Source: an uncultured Acidobacteriota bacterium
Lineage (GTDB): Bacteria > Acidobacteriota > UBA6911
Reading direction: 5' to 3'
Assembly: GCA_963843575.1 (NCBI GenBank)
Contig: CAWJKZ010000019.1
Location: 256,001 to 320,000, forward strand
DNA: 64,000 nucleotides
The notes beneath the pieces are model-generated. The model was not told where the DNA came from. It saw only the letters and a program-made list of their open reading frames with translations, and ran no database searches. A program made the position numbers and the translations under genes. Below are positions 10,203 through 18,651 of this stretch, one piece after another (positions within the stretch are counted from its first letter, which is position 1; each line of letters starts with the position of its first letter).

Positions 10203-11852
10203 ATGATGCGCAGATCTCTATGTTTTCTGATAGCTTGCCTTCTGGTAATTTGTGCCGCGGCACAAGAACGGAGTGCGGTGGGCAGGGGCGTGGCGGTCTC
10301 GGGCAGCGCCGCAGCAACAGCCGCCGGCGTTCGGATCCTGGAGCAGGGCGGAAATGCCGCCGACGCGGGAGCCGCCACGCTACTGGCCCTCAGCGTTACC
10401 ACGGTCGGCGCCTTCTGTATTGGCGGCGAGGTACCCGTCCTGATCTACGATGCCTCCAGGAAGGATGTGAAGGTCCTGGCCGGGCAGGGCGGTGCGCCCC
10501 TGGATCCGAAAGCCATCGAGTGGTACCTGGAAAATGGGATCCCGGGAGGTGAAGTGCGGGCCGCCCCGGTCCCTGCCGCCCTGGATCTGATCGTGACCCT
10601 GCTGAAGCGGAACGGCACCAGGAGCTTTCGCGAGATTGCGGAGCCCACCCTGACCATCCTGGATGCGGGCGGTCCCAGCTGGTACATCGACACCTCGGAC
10701 CGGACAAGGATCGAGACGGGCCGCAACTGGCGCGCAGACCTCGCCGTCACCTTTCGCAAATTGGTGGATGCCGAACAGAAGGCTCGGGGCAGCCGCGAGA
10801 ACCGGCTCCGGGCGGTGGCGGACAGGTTCTACCGCGGAGACATCGCGGACGCACTGGAGCGGTGGTACATCGAAAAGGGCGGCTTTCTGCGCAAGGCCGA
10901 TCTGGCGGCGCACCGGACGCGCGTGGAAGACCCGGTCCGGGTCAACTATCGTGGCTACCAGGTCTTGAAGTGCGGCCCATGGACGCAGGGCCCATACCTT
11001 CTCGAATCTCTGCGCCTCCTGGAAGGGTTCGATCTGAAACAGATGGGCTTCGCTTCGGCGGACTACGTGCACGTGGTGACGGAGGCGATGAAGCTCGCCC
11101 TCGCGGACCGGGACGAGTACTACGGCGATCCGCTGTTCACCAGGGTGCCGCTCAAGGCCCTGCTTTCCGACCGATACACCAGGATCCGCCGGCCTTTGAT
11201 CGACATGAAGAGGGCGTCACTGGAGGTTCGTCCCGGCGATCCCTACGGCATGCGGCCCCTCAAGAAGCCCTGGTCGCCTTCCCGTGCTCCGGGAGGCACC
11301 ACCGTCATGTGCGTGGCGGATCGCTGGGGCAACGTCGTCGCTGCCACTCCCAGCGGGTTGGGCAGCACGGCAGGCGTTGCCGGCGACACCGGCATCATCC
11401 ACGGCACGCGCTTGACCAGCCTCAATTCCTGGAAAGGCCATCCCAATTGCATCGCCCCCGGCAAGCGGCCGCGCGTCACCCTCACTCCCACGCTCGTGCT
11501 CAAGGGCGGCAGGCCGGTTGTGGCCATTGCCGTTGCCGGAGGCGATTTGCAGGATCAGGCGGCCCTGCAGCTTATCCTCGAATACATCGATTTCGGGATG
11601 GGAGCGGAGGAGGCCATGGCTGCGCCCCGGTTCGCCACCGTGCATCATACCGGCTCGTTCGGACAGGACAAGCCGCGCCTGGGCAGCCTACAGGTCAACG
11701 TGAAGATACCCGAAGCTGTTCGCGAAGATCTGAAGAATCGCGGCCACGTGTTGACCACGACAAAGGGTGCCATCGGAGGAGCTGCGATGCTTGTCATCGA
11801 CCCGGCGAACAAGGTCCACGGCGTGGGTCCTGCGGCCGGAAAGGTCAACTGA
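10203..11852 (+). CDS. ggt: Gamma-glutamyltransferase family protein, exported
   Basis: Signal peptide from ATG 10203; GGNAADA, autoprocessing Thr in GGTTVMCVAD, PGKRPRVTLTP. Confidence 0.9.
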   Translation: MMRRSLCFLIACLLVICAAAQERSAVGRGVAVSGSAAATAAGVRILEQGGNAADAGAATLLALSVTTVGAFCIGGEVPVLIYDASRKDVKVLAGQGGAPLDPKAIEWYLENGIPGGEVRAAPVPAALDLIVTLLKRNGTRSFREIAEPTLTILDAGGPSWYIDTSDRTRIETGRNWRADLAVTFRKLVDAEQKARGSRENRLRAVADRFYRGDIADALERWYIEKGGFLRKADLAAHRTRVEDPVRVNYRGYQVLKCGPWTQGPYLLESLRLLEGFDLKQMGFASADYVHVVTEAMKLALADRDEYYGDPLFTRVPLKALLSDRYTRIRRPLIDMKRASLEVRPGDPYGMRPLKKPWSPSRAPGGTTVMCVADRWGNVVAATPSGLGSTAGVAGDTGIIHGTRLTSLNSWKGHPNCIAPGKRPRVTLTPTLVLKGGRPVVAIAVAGGDLQDQAALQLILEYIDFGMGAEEAMAAPRFATVHHTGSFGQDKPRLGSLQVNVKIPEAVREDLKNRGHVLTTTKGAIGGAAMLVIDPANKVHGVGPAAGKVN

Positions 11853-11914
11853 TGACCGACAAGCCTGCGTCTGCTGTCGGCCCTGGCGTCTTTGGAATCA
11901 TCAGATGAACACAG

Positions 11915-12005
11915 CAGAACGCGGATCTTCGCGGATCTGACCGATTCACGCGGATCGGCCGTGTCACCAGGTCAAACTCCCCGTGCAACCGCGAAAATCC
12001 GCGTC
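11915..12005. repeat. About 90-bp dispersed imperfect-hairpin repeat built of CGCGGAT units (copy 1)
   Basis: cagaacgcggatcttcgcggatctgaccgattcacgcggatc...atccgcgtc; second copy at 18430-18521. Confidence 0.7.
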
Positions 12006-12015
12006 ACCGTCCCAA

Positions 12016-12128
12016 CCGTTTACGACTGTGCATACATCCACGTCGCGCGACTGACCGATGCCCCGCTGATTACCGCCGATCGCCTGCAGGCCGCCGCAGC
12101 CCGCTCCTGTGGAATGGCGGAGTTCTGA
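12016..12128 (+). pseudogene. PIN-domain (VapC-like) toxin C-terminal remnant
   Basis: TVYDCAYIHVARLTDAPLITADRLQAAAA matches the PIN C-terminal pattern; the N-terminus is replaced by the hairpin repeat. Confidence 0.6.
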
Positions 12129-12407
12129 TTGAGGATTACCTCTGAGACCGGGCTCGGATTCCTCATTCCGAACGCTGCTTTGGCTTAATCCGCGGATGAT
12201 CTGGCAAATTGTCAGCGCATGCATCCTCCTTTGCCTTTTCTAGTCGAGTAGATCCGGGACCATCCGCAATCCCCAATTCTACCCTTGGCGGCGTATGATG
12301 TGCCGATTCTCATCGGCGCCGGCGCGATCCTGACGGCTGCGCCCCTGCTGGCGGTGCTTTCCCGTGCCGCGCACCCGGCCTTGGCCGGCAGCCGCCGGCA
12401 GGCGGTT

Positions 12408-14141
12408 TTATTTCCCCAGCGCCTGCCTGATCAGGGGCGCGAGCTTCTCCGCCGCGACCCGGTTCCCGTCGAGGTTCAGGTGCACCCGGTCGGTGGTATG
12501 GGCTTGGGGATCGATCCAACCGGTGGTGTCCACGAAATAGACCGATTTTTCGCCCGACTCACGCAGCGCATCCACTGTCTTATGGATGGCATCGCCGTGG
12601 GCCCCCGCAAAAGGTCTCAGGCAGAAAATGGCGGCGGCAGGATAGGTGCGCCGGATGGTTTCGATGTAATGCCTGTACAAAGGGGCGAACACGTCGTCGT
12701 TCACACCGCGGTCGTTAGTCCCCATGTTGACGACGACCGCGTCGGGCAGGCGCTCTTTGTCGACCGGCGCGCCGGCATAAACGAGGGGAAAGCTGTAGGA
12801 ACCGGGGGGCACGCCCCCGTAGCCGTTGATGGACAGCCCCAACCGTCCGAAGCCGGCGATCCGCGGCTCGGCCCCGAGCATCACCGCGCTCTGGTATGCC
12901 CAGGTTCTCCTCCCGTCGCTGTATTGAGGCCAGCGCTCGCGCGCAAGTGGCCCGTTGCCCGTGGGAACCAGCACCAGGATGCCTTCGGTAATGCTGTCCC
13001 CGAGGTACTCTATGATGCGGGCCGGGCGAGGCGGCGGTTCTGTCATCTCCCCGCCGGCGGCCAGGGTCATGCCGCGGAACACGATGCTGCTCTCCAGCGG
13101 CGGGTCCCACCGGCGTTCCCATTCCCGGAATCCCTTGACCACGACCCGGATGACGTGGTCGGTGGCGGCAAGCGGCTCGCGGCTGATCTGCAGTTCCTCC
13201 GCAGGCGCCACGACCTGCCATTCCCGGTCGTCGACCTGAAGCCACAGCGTCGGGAACTGCTGCGGGTAGTGCGTGGTCGAAAAGTGCAGCGTGGCCCCGG
13301 TTCCCCGGAAGCCACAGATGAGCGTGCTCCCGGTATTGACCGTGACCGCCCCGGATTCGGCCGCATTGCGCCTGTCCCAGCGCCCCCAGTACTGAAAACG
13401 GGCGTCGGAGGCGGCGAATTGAGGAGCGGCCGGATACGTCTCGCGCAGGATAACCGACATCGGCACCCCCATCGCACGCAGGATGGCGGCGCCCATCAGG
13501 AAGTCTCCTGCCGGCTTCATGTGAACACCGTCGCTGGTGGGGTGAAAATCGGGTGCACCGCCGGTCTGGGTCGAGCGCAGCGTGAGGTTGAACAGGTCGT
13601 TCAGATCGACCAGGCGGCAGTTTTTCCCGGCCGCGATGCGACGCACGGCCTCGCAGTAGTCCTCCAGCCGCACATTCTCAGGCGAATTCAGGTCCTCCTT
13701 GATGATCGTAGGGGTCAGGAGATAAACCTCCGCCCTGGTCTCCGCCCGAAGGTCGTCGACGATTTTGGAGATCAGCCGCGCATAGGTGTCCAAATCCACT
13801 CCCCTGGGCGGGTCGTAGAATCCGTGCCAGACGTCGTTGACCCCACACGACACCGTTACGACGGTCGGCTGCCTGTCGATGACATCGCGTTTGAGGCGCG
13901 CCGACATATCGGTGGACTTGTGCCCGCCGATGCCGGCGTTGACAATCTCCACCTGCATGTCGGGGTAGTTTCGCTCCAGCACCTTCTTCATGAAGTTCAG
14001 GTAGCCGCCCGCCTGGGTGATGCTGTCGCCGAGCGCGACGATTCGGTCCCCCTTCCTGAGACGCAGCGTGGGCTGCGCCTGCAGCGTGGCACCCATCAGC
14101 GATAGGGCAAGGAACGACAGAAGAAGTCGGCGCGTGGACAT
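12408..14141 (-). CDS. Secreted tandem SGNH/GDSL esterase (GDSL plus CE2-like domain)
   Basis: Start MSTRRLLLS; two GDSIT motifs, GVND/GTND and DGVH/DRVH catalytic motifs. Confidence 0.9.
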   Translation of the reverse strand: MSTRRLLLSFLALSLMGATLQAQPTLRLRKGDRIVALGDSITQAGGYLNFMKKVLERNYPDMQVEIVNAGIGGHKSTDMSARLKRDVIDRQPTVVTVSCGVNDVWHGFYDPPRGVDLDTYARLISKIVDDLRAETRAEVYLLTPTIIKEDLNSPENVRLEDYCEAVRRIAAGKNCRLVDLNDLFNLTLRSTQTGGAPDFHPTSDGVHMKPAGDFLMGAAILRAMGVPMSVILRETYPAAPQFAASDARFQYWGRWDRRNAAESGAVTVNTGSTLICGFRGTGATLHFSTTHYPQQFPTLWLQVDDREWQVVAPAEELQISREPLAATDHVIRVVVKGFREWERRWDPPLESSIVFRGMTLAAGGEMTEPPPRPARIIEYLGDSITEGILVLVPTGNGPLARERWPQYSDGRRTWAYQSAVMLGAEPRIAGFGRLGLSINGYGGVPPGSYSFPLVYAGAPVDKERLPDAVVVNMGTNDRGVNDDVFAPLYRHYIETIRRTYPAAAIFCLRPFAGAHGDAIHKTVDALRESGEKSVYFVDTTGWIDPQAHTTDRVHLNLDGNRVAAEKLAPLIRQALGK

Positions 14142-14249
14142 GGCTCTCTCCCGGGACAAAGGATTCGACTCATCATACAATCTGCAACTCTCGTTGTGTC
14201 TTATGCCAGAGTGCGGTCGACGATGGCCTCCGTCGCCGGATCCCAGTAG

Positions 14250-14450
14250 AGCTTTTCCCCTCGCAGTCATAACGCGTGGCCATAATGCAGGCACCCGAGT
14301 GGGCATACCCCCGCCTGGCGAGCTGCGACACTGTCCACCCCAGGCCGCGCCCGCGATTGCCGACACCGATATGCCCGAGCATGATGCGGTCGCTCGCGCC
14401 CGGGATGCGTCCGTAAGAGAGCGCCGACAAAGCCGGCGCCGCGATCGGCG
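14250..14450 (-). pseudogene. Gfo/Idh/MocA oxidoreductase N-terminal remnant
   Basis: SYGRIPGASDRIMLGHIGVGNRG is the typical post-Tat start of this family, then the similarity decays. Confidence 0.55.
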
Positions 14451-14781
14451 GAGGCGTGCGGTCAAGAATGGTTCTTCGCGTAATCCGGTTGTCGTCCGTT
14501 CTTTCCTCCGCCCGTTATCCCGGATTCTTACACGAAGGCGCCCTCGATTTGGATGGGAATTCGTATGTACCACGTTCCTGAATTGTGCCTTTTGTGACAA
14601 GAAGTGGACGTAAGTGGCGTGGGCAATTCCCGGTCGCGCGGACTGTATATCCTCATCGATGAACGTTTCGGGCTTGGTCTCTTTCCCGGGGCGCCCCCCA
14701 AGAACGCCGGAGCGATCCGGTTCCCCACGGTCGCGTCTTTCGACCGCAGGTCCCCCCCAGGTAAGTAAGGTAGCTGCAATC

Positions 14782-14847
14782 GCGAGCAGTTTTGATCGGA
14801 CGCGTGAGCAAAACTGAACAGACACGTGAGCACCCCTGGGGTATAAA
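14782..14847 (+). promoter_or_regulatory. Tandem-box promoter P1 (small membrane protein and Crp paralog 1)
   Basis: GCGAGCAGTTTTGATC + GTGAGCAAAACTGAAC (22-bp period); CAGACA-N17-TATAAA. Confidence 0.85.
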
Positions 14848-14975
14848 AATTGCGGGTCCGGCAGGATCAACCGTTTTTTCCAGGGCGTGGAAGTCCACTG
14901 CAGCCTGGCCAAAAGCACTGAACGGGGCGCGAACCCTTTTGGGTTTTGCTTCAAACAGACAGCGGGAGGTTTATC

Positions 14976-15161
14976 GTGTCTTTAATTAGTCTCGTCATGG
15001 TCTTGATCGTAGTCGGCGTTCTCCTTTGGCTGGTGAATAACTATATTCCAATGGCGGGCTCAATCAAAAGGATCCTGAATGCCGTCGTGGTTATCGCCGT
15101 GGTTTTGTGGCTCTTGAATGCTTTTGGAGTTCTCAGTTCCCTCTCCAGGATACGCATCTGA
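14976..15161 (+). CDS. Small two-helix membrane protein (Thivi_2564-like)
   Basis: GGGAGG RBS, GTG start; SLISLVMVLIVVGVLLWLVNNYIPM...ILNAVVVIAVVLWLL. Confidence 0.8.
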   Translation: MSLISLVMVLIVVGVLLWLVNNYIPMAGSIKRILNAVVVIAVVLWLLNAFGVLSSLSRIRI

Positions 15162-15242
15162 GGGGAAGCACAGGCGGACAATGATAATTCGTGCCTGTTT
15201 ATGCCCGCTTTGCAGCCAAGCGGCAATGGAAAGGATGTTTTC

Positions 15243-15902
15243 ATGCCAAGTAAGAAAAGCTCGCCTGTCGATTGGGAAGCCGTTCTCGCTGGAATCTCTC
15301 ACGGGAAGACCATTTCGGAATACGGCCCGGACCGCCGCATCTTCGATCAAGGACAAGCCGCGGATTCCATATTCTATCTTCGACAGGGAAAGGTGAAGCT
15401 GTCGGTTATATCCAAACAGGGCAAGGAAGCGATCGTCGCGACACTGGGCGCCGGCGAGTTCCTCGGCGAGGGGTGCCTCGCAGGGCAGCCGTTACGCATG
15501 GCAACGGCTACAACTGTCACGGAGTGCAGCCTCTTCCGGATCGAGAAGGTGTTGATGCTGCGCGTGCTTCACGAGAAGCACGAGATCTCGGAATTGTTTG
15601 TCGCTCATTTGCTTTCTCGAAATGTCCGATATGAAGCGGATCTCGTGGACCAGCTTTTCAATTCGAGCGAAAAGCGTCTGGCGCGGATCCTCCTCCTGCT
15701 CGCTCATTTTGGCAAGGAAAGCAGAGCCGAACGTGTGTTTCCCGAAGTCAGTCAGGATAACCTTGCACAAATGATCGGCACGACCCGGTCGCGGGTCAGT
15801 CATTTCATGAACAAGTTCAGGAAGTTGGGCTTTATCGATTACAGCGATAACGACGGCCTGACGGTCAACAGTGGCCTGCTCAGCGTGGTTCTGCACGACT
15901 AG
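15243..15902 (+). CDS. Crp/Fnr family transcriptional regulator (paralog 1)
   Basis: cNMP-binding fold (IFDQG, GEFLGE...R) and C-terminal HTH (SQDNLAQMIGTTRSRVSHF). Confidence 0.92.
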   Translation: MPSKKSSPVDWEAVLAGISHGKTISEYGPDRRIFDQGQAADSIFYLRQGKVKLSVISKQGKEAIVATLGAGEFLGEGCLAGQPLRMATATTVTECSLFRIEKVLMLRVLHEKHEISELFVAHLLSRNVRYEADLVDQLFNSSEKRLARILLLLAHFGKESRAERVFPEVSQDNLAQMIGTTRSRVSHFMNKFRKLGFIDYSDNDGLTVNSGLLSVVLHD

Positions 15903-16091
15903 GCCTGCGACTTTCTGCCGCCACCCTGGAAACACCGGAATCGCAGCCCGTGCGGGATTCGGCCCTGCAGGGGGAGTGCCATACTCGGGCCCCGAACACC
16001 CGAATGCAGCCCAAGTCAACAAGCTCCGGATCAGTTGGCAAACCGGGCGAAGGCACAGATTCCTGCCAGGTTTCCCGGGCCACTGACCGGC

Positions 16092-16157
16092 GTGAGCAAT
16101 CTTGATCTCCTCCGTGAGCTGTACTGAACTGACACGCTATCCACCCTAAAGTATAAA
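16092..16157 (+). promoter_or_regulatory. Tandem-box promoter P2 (OmpA-family gene)
   Basis: GTGAGCAATCTTGATC + GTGAGCTGTACTGAAC; CTGACA-N17-TATAAA. Confidence 0.88.
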
Positions 16158-16407
16158 TACTGCAGCTCGAGTTGCCGGAAAGAACCGGAGGACAATCCGG
16201 TAGTCTGATAGTTTTCAGTGCGATTAATGGCTTGGTTCTCGACACCTGAGACCAGCGCATTACCGAAATCACAGGCAAAGAGGTGGCCCCGTCCACAGCG
16301 GTCGCGATGCTGCCTTCTTTGTTGGATCAACCACTCGATACCAGGAACAAGGCCGCTTGTGACAGTACTGCTAGTTTAAGAGTGCATGTCATGTTGTCAA
16401 AGAAGGG

Positions 16408-18099
16408 ATGTGGAATATGAGATTGATAAGCATGTTTCTGGCGTTATGTGGCTTGTCGTGCGGTTTGCTGTCCGCACAGACGCCGCAGGCCGCGAATGAG
16501 ACACAGCAGTTGGTTCAAGGCCAACCGGACAGTTCGATACCTGTTTATCGCGTCACCGTGATTGAACGGACCATGAAGGCGATAAACTACCAACACCGAA
16601 GCGGCGCCACAAAGATCGATTTCCGCGGCACCGATCTCCTGCCGATGGCCCATGGAGAGGCCAAAGTGGAGAGCAAAAAGGGCTACATCGAGATCGAAGT
16701 GGAATTCGATAAACTGCAGCCGGCCAGCAAGCACGGGGCCGAATACCTCACCTACGTGCTCTGGGCCATTACCCCGGAAGGCCGCACGGCCAACCTGGGC
16801 GAGATTCTCCTGAACGGAAGCAGCGGCAAGCTGAACGTGACCACCGAGTTGCAGGTCTTCGGCCTTGCTGTGACGGCAGAGCCTTACTTCGCGGTGACCA
16901 TGCCAAGCAACCTGGTCGTGATGGAAAACGTGGTGCGCGGCGACACGAAGGGCAAGATCGAGGAGATGGACGCCAAGTACGAATTGCTGCAGAGAGGCCA
17001 GTATGAACGTTTGGTGAATCCGCTGGCGCTGAAAAGCGATCCGAAGGTGCCGCTGGAACTCTACGAGGCACGCAACGCTGTTCAGATCGCCCGTGCCATC
17101 GGCGCGGACCAGTTCGCCTTAGAAACCTTCACCAAGGCCGAAAACAGCTTGAAGCAGGCCGAGGCTTACCAGGCGCGCAAAGCGGGGCGCAGACCTGTAA
17201 CCATGACGGCTCGGGAGGCGGTGCAGACCGCGGAGGATTCCAGAGCAATCGCGGTGCGGCGCCAGGAGGAAGAGCGTCTTGCGAGCGAACGCCAGGCGGG
17301 CGCGGACCGAGAAGCGCTGGCCAAAGCAGAGACCGAGACCGAGGCACGCCTGAGGGCGCAGGCAGAAAGCGACCAGAGGATGGAGGCTGACCGACGGGCG
17401 CGTGCCGAGGCTGAACGGAACGCGGCCCAGTCCGAAACCGCGATTGTCAAACTCGAGGCCGAGGCAACGCGAGTTGCCGCTCAGACAGAGGCTGATCGTG
17501 TCCGACGCGAGAACGACGCGGCGCGCGACGCGGCTCAGGCCGAAGCCGAGCGGGCAGCACGTTCGGCAGCGCAAGCCGAGGCTGACAGGACGCTGCTGGC
17601 AACTCAGGAGGCCGACCGCCTGCGGCTGAAGGCAGAGGCTGAAAAGGCGGAGCTGCGCGCTCAGCTATTGAGCCAATTTAACTTGATTCTCGAAACTCGC
17701 GATACGGCCCGCGGCCTGATCGTGAACATGTCGGACGTTCTTTTTGACACGGCCAAGTACACGCTGCGCCCCGGAGCACGTGAGAGGCTCGCCAAAGTCG
17801 CTGGCATTCTGCTGGGACACCCGGGCCTAAAGCTGGCGGTAGAAGGCCATACAGATAGTGTGGGTGGCGAGTCGTACAACCAGCACCTCTCCGAACAACG
17901 AGCCGGATCGGTGCGCGACTATCTCATCCAACAGGGGATTTCGGAGATGAACTCGTCTCCGGCCAAAGGGTTTGGCGAGTCACAGCCCGTAGCCACGAAC
18001 GATACCGCCGCCGGCCGGCAGCACAATCGGCGCGTAGAACTCATTGTCTCCGGCGAACTCATCGGTACGCAGATCGCCTCGGTAGGCGGTTCGCAGTAG
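16408..18099 (+). CDS. OmpA-family peptidoglycan-binding protein with long Ala/Glu/Arg coiled coil
   Basis: Signal peptide; C-terminal DVLFDT, VEGHTD, NQHLSEQRA, NRRVE motifs. Confidence 0.92.
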   Translation: MWNMRLISMFLALCGLSCGLLSAQTPQAANETQQLVQGQPDSSIPVYRVTVIERTMKAINYQHRSGATKIDFRGTDLLPMAHGEAKVESKKGYIEIEVEFDKLQPASKHGAEYLTYVLWAITPEGRTANLGEILLNGSSGKLNVTTELQVFGLAVTAEPYFAVTMPSNLVVMENVVRGDTKGKIEEMDAKYELLQRGQYERLVNPLALKSDPKVPLELYEARNAVQIARAIGADQFALETFTKAENSLKQAEAYQARKAGRRPVTMTAREAVQTAEDSRAIAVRRQEEERLASERQAGADREALAKAETETEARLRAQAESDQRMEADRRARAEAERNAAQSETAIVKLEAEATRVAAQTEADRVRRENDAARDAAQAEAERAARSAAQAEADRTLLATQEADRLRLKAEAEKAELRAQLLSQFNLILETRDTARGLIVNMSDVLFDTAKYTLRPGARERLAKVAGILLGHPGLKLAVEGHTDSVGGESYNQHLSEQRAGSVRDYLIQQGISEMNSSPAKGFGESQPVATNDTAAGRQHNRRVELIVSGELIGTQIASVGGSQ

Positions 18100-18136
18100 G
18101 AAGTTTGAATATTTGGCGTAGTTGGAGGATGGTAAC

Positions 18137-18160
18137 AGGGGCACGGCGCACCGTGCCCCT
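18137..18160. repeat. REP-like palindrome or terminator hairpin
   Basis: aggggcacggcgcaccgtgcccct just downstream of the OmpA gene. Confidence 0.55.
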
Positions 18161-18429
18161 GAATTCCTACCACTCCTCCCCGGGCGACCTGCCGGAGACC
18201 ATCCCCTTGCGAAGGTCAAGACGACTCGCACCCGCCACCGCCGGCCCCGCGTTACGAAAGACAGTTTCTTCTGGAATCATTGAACACGAACAGCGTTACC
18301 GCCTGCGATGTAAGCTCCTGCAATCGTTCCCGCACTGATGATCGCTCGCTTCGGATTGGGCTTCTCAAGGCCCAGCTCGAATTTTTCAGGACGCAGAACA
18401 ACACGGGCGATGAAAAACCAAAGCCAAAA

Positions 18430-18521
18430 CAGAACGCAGATTCCGCGGATCCAACGGATTCACGCGGATCGACCGCGGCTGTCGCAAGGTCGATCTGTGG
18501 GGATCCGCGCGCATCCGCGTC
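18430..18521. repeat. About 90-bp dispersed imperfect-hairpin repeat (copy 2)
   Basis: cagaacgcagattccgcggatccaacggattcacgcggatc...atccgcgtc, homologous to 11915-12005. Confidence 0.7.
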
Positions 18522-18651
18522 CTGAAAAATACTTTAGCGTATTTGTGAACATCAGTACTTGGTCTGCGCTCTGATTGACTCACGACGCGGACCGGATGCA
18601 TGATCTTCCTATTCCCGGGCACGATTGGGTTTTCCTTGAGGAGAGGCTTTT

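Noticed and set aside
12285-12400. Possible ABC-permease C-terminal remnant
   Set aside because: Similarity too short and weak to support
446-14105. Long antisense ORFs (446..1423, 2520..3509, 8867..10000, 12285..14105) and 5' extensions of 9546..11852 and 12408..14954
   Set aside because: Shadow ORFs of real genes in high-GC DNA, with no family motifs
16358-16374. tgtgacagtactgctag as an additional box
   Set aside because: Only the CAGTACTG core matches, so it could be chance
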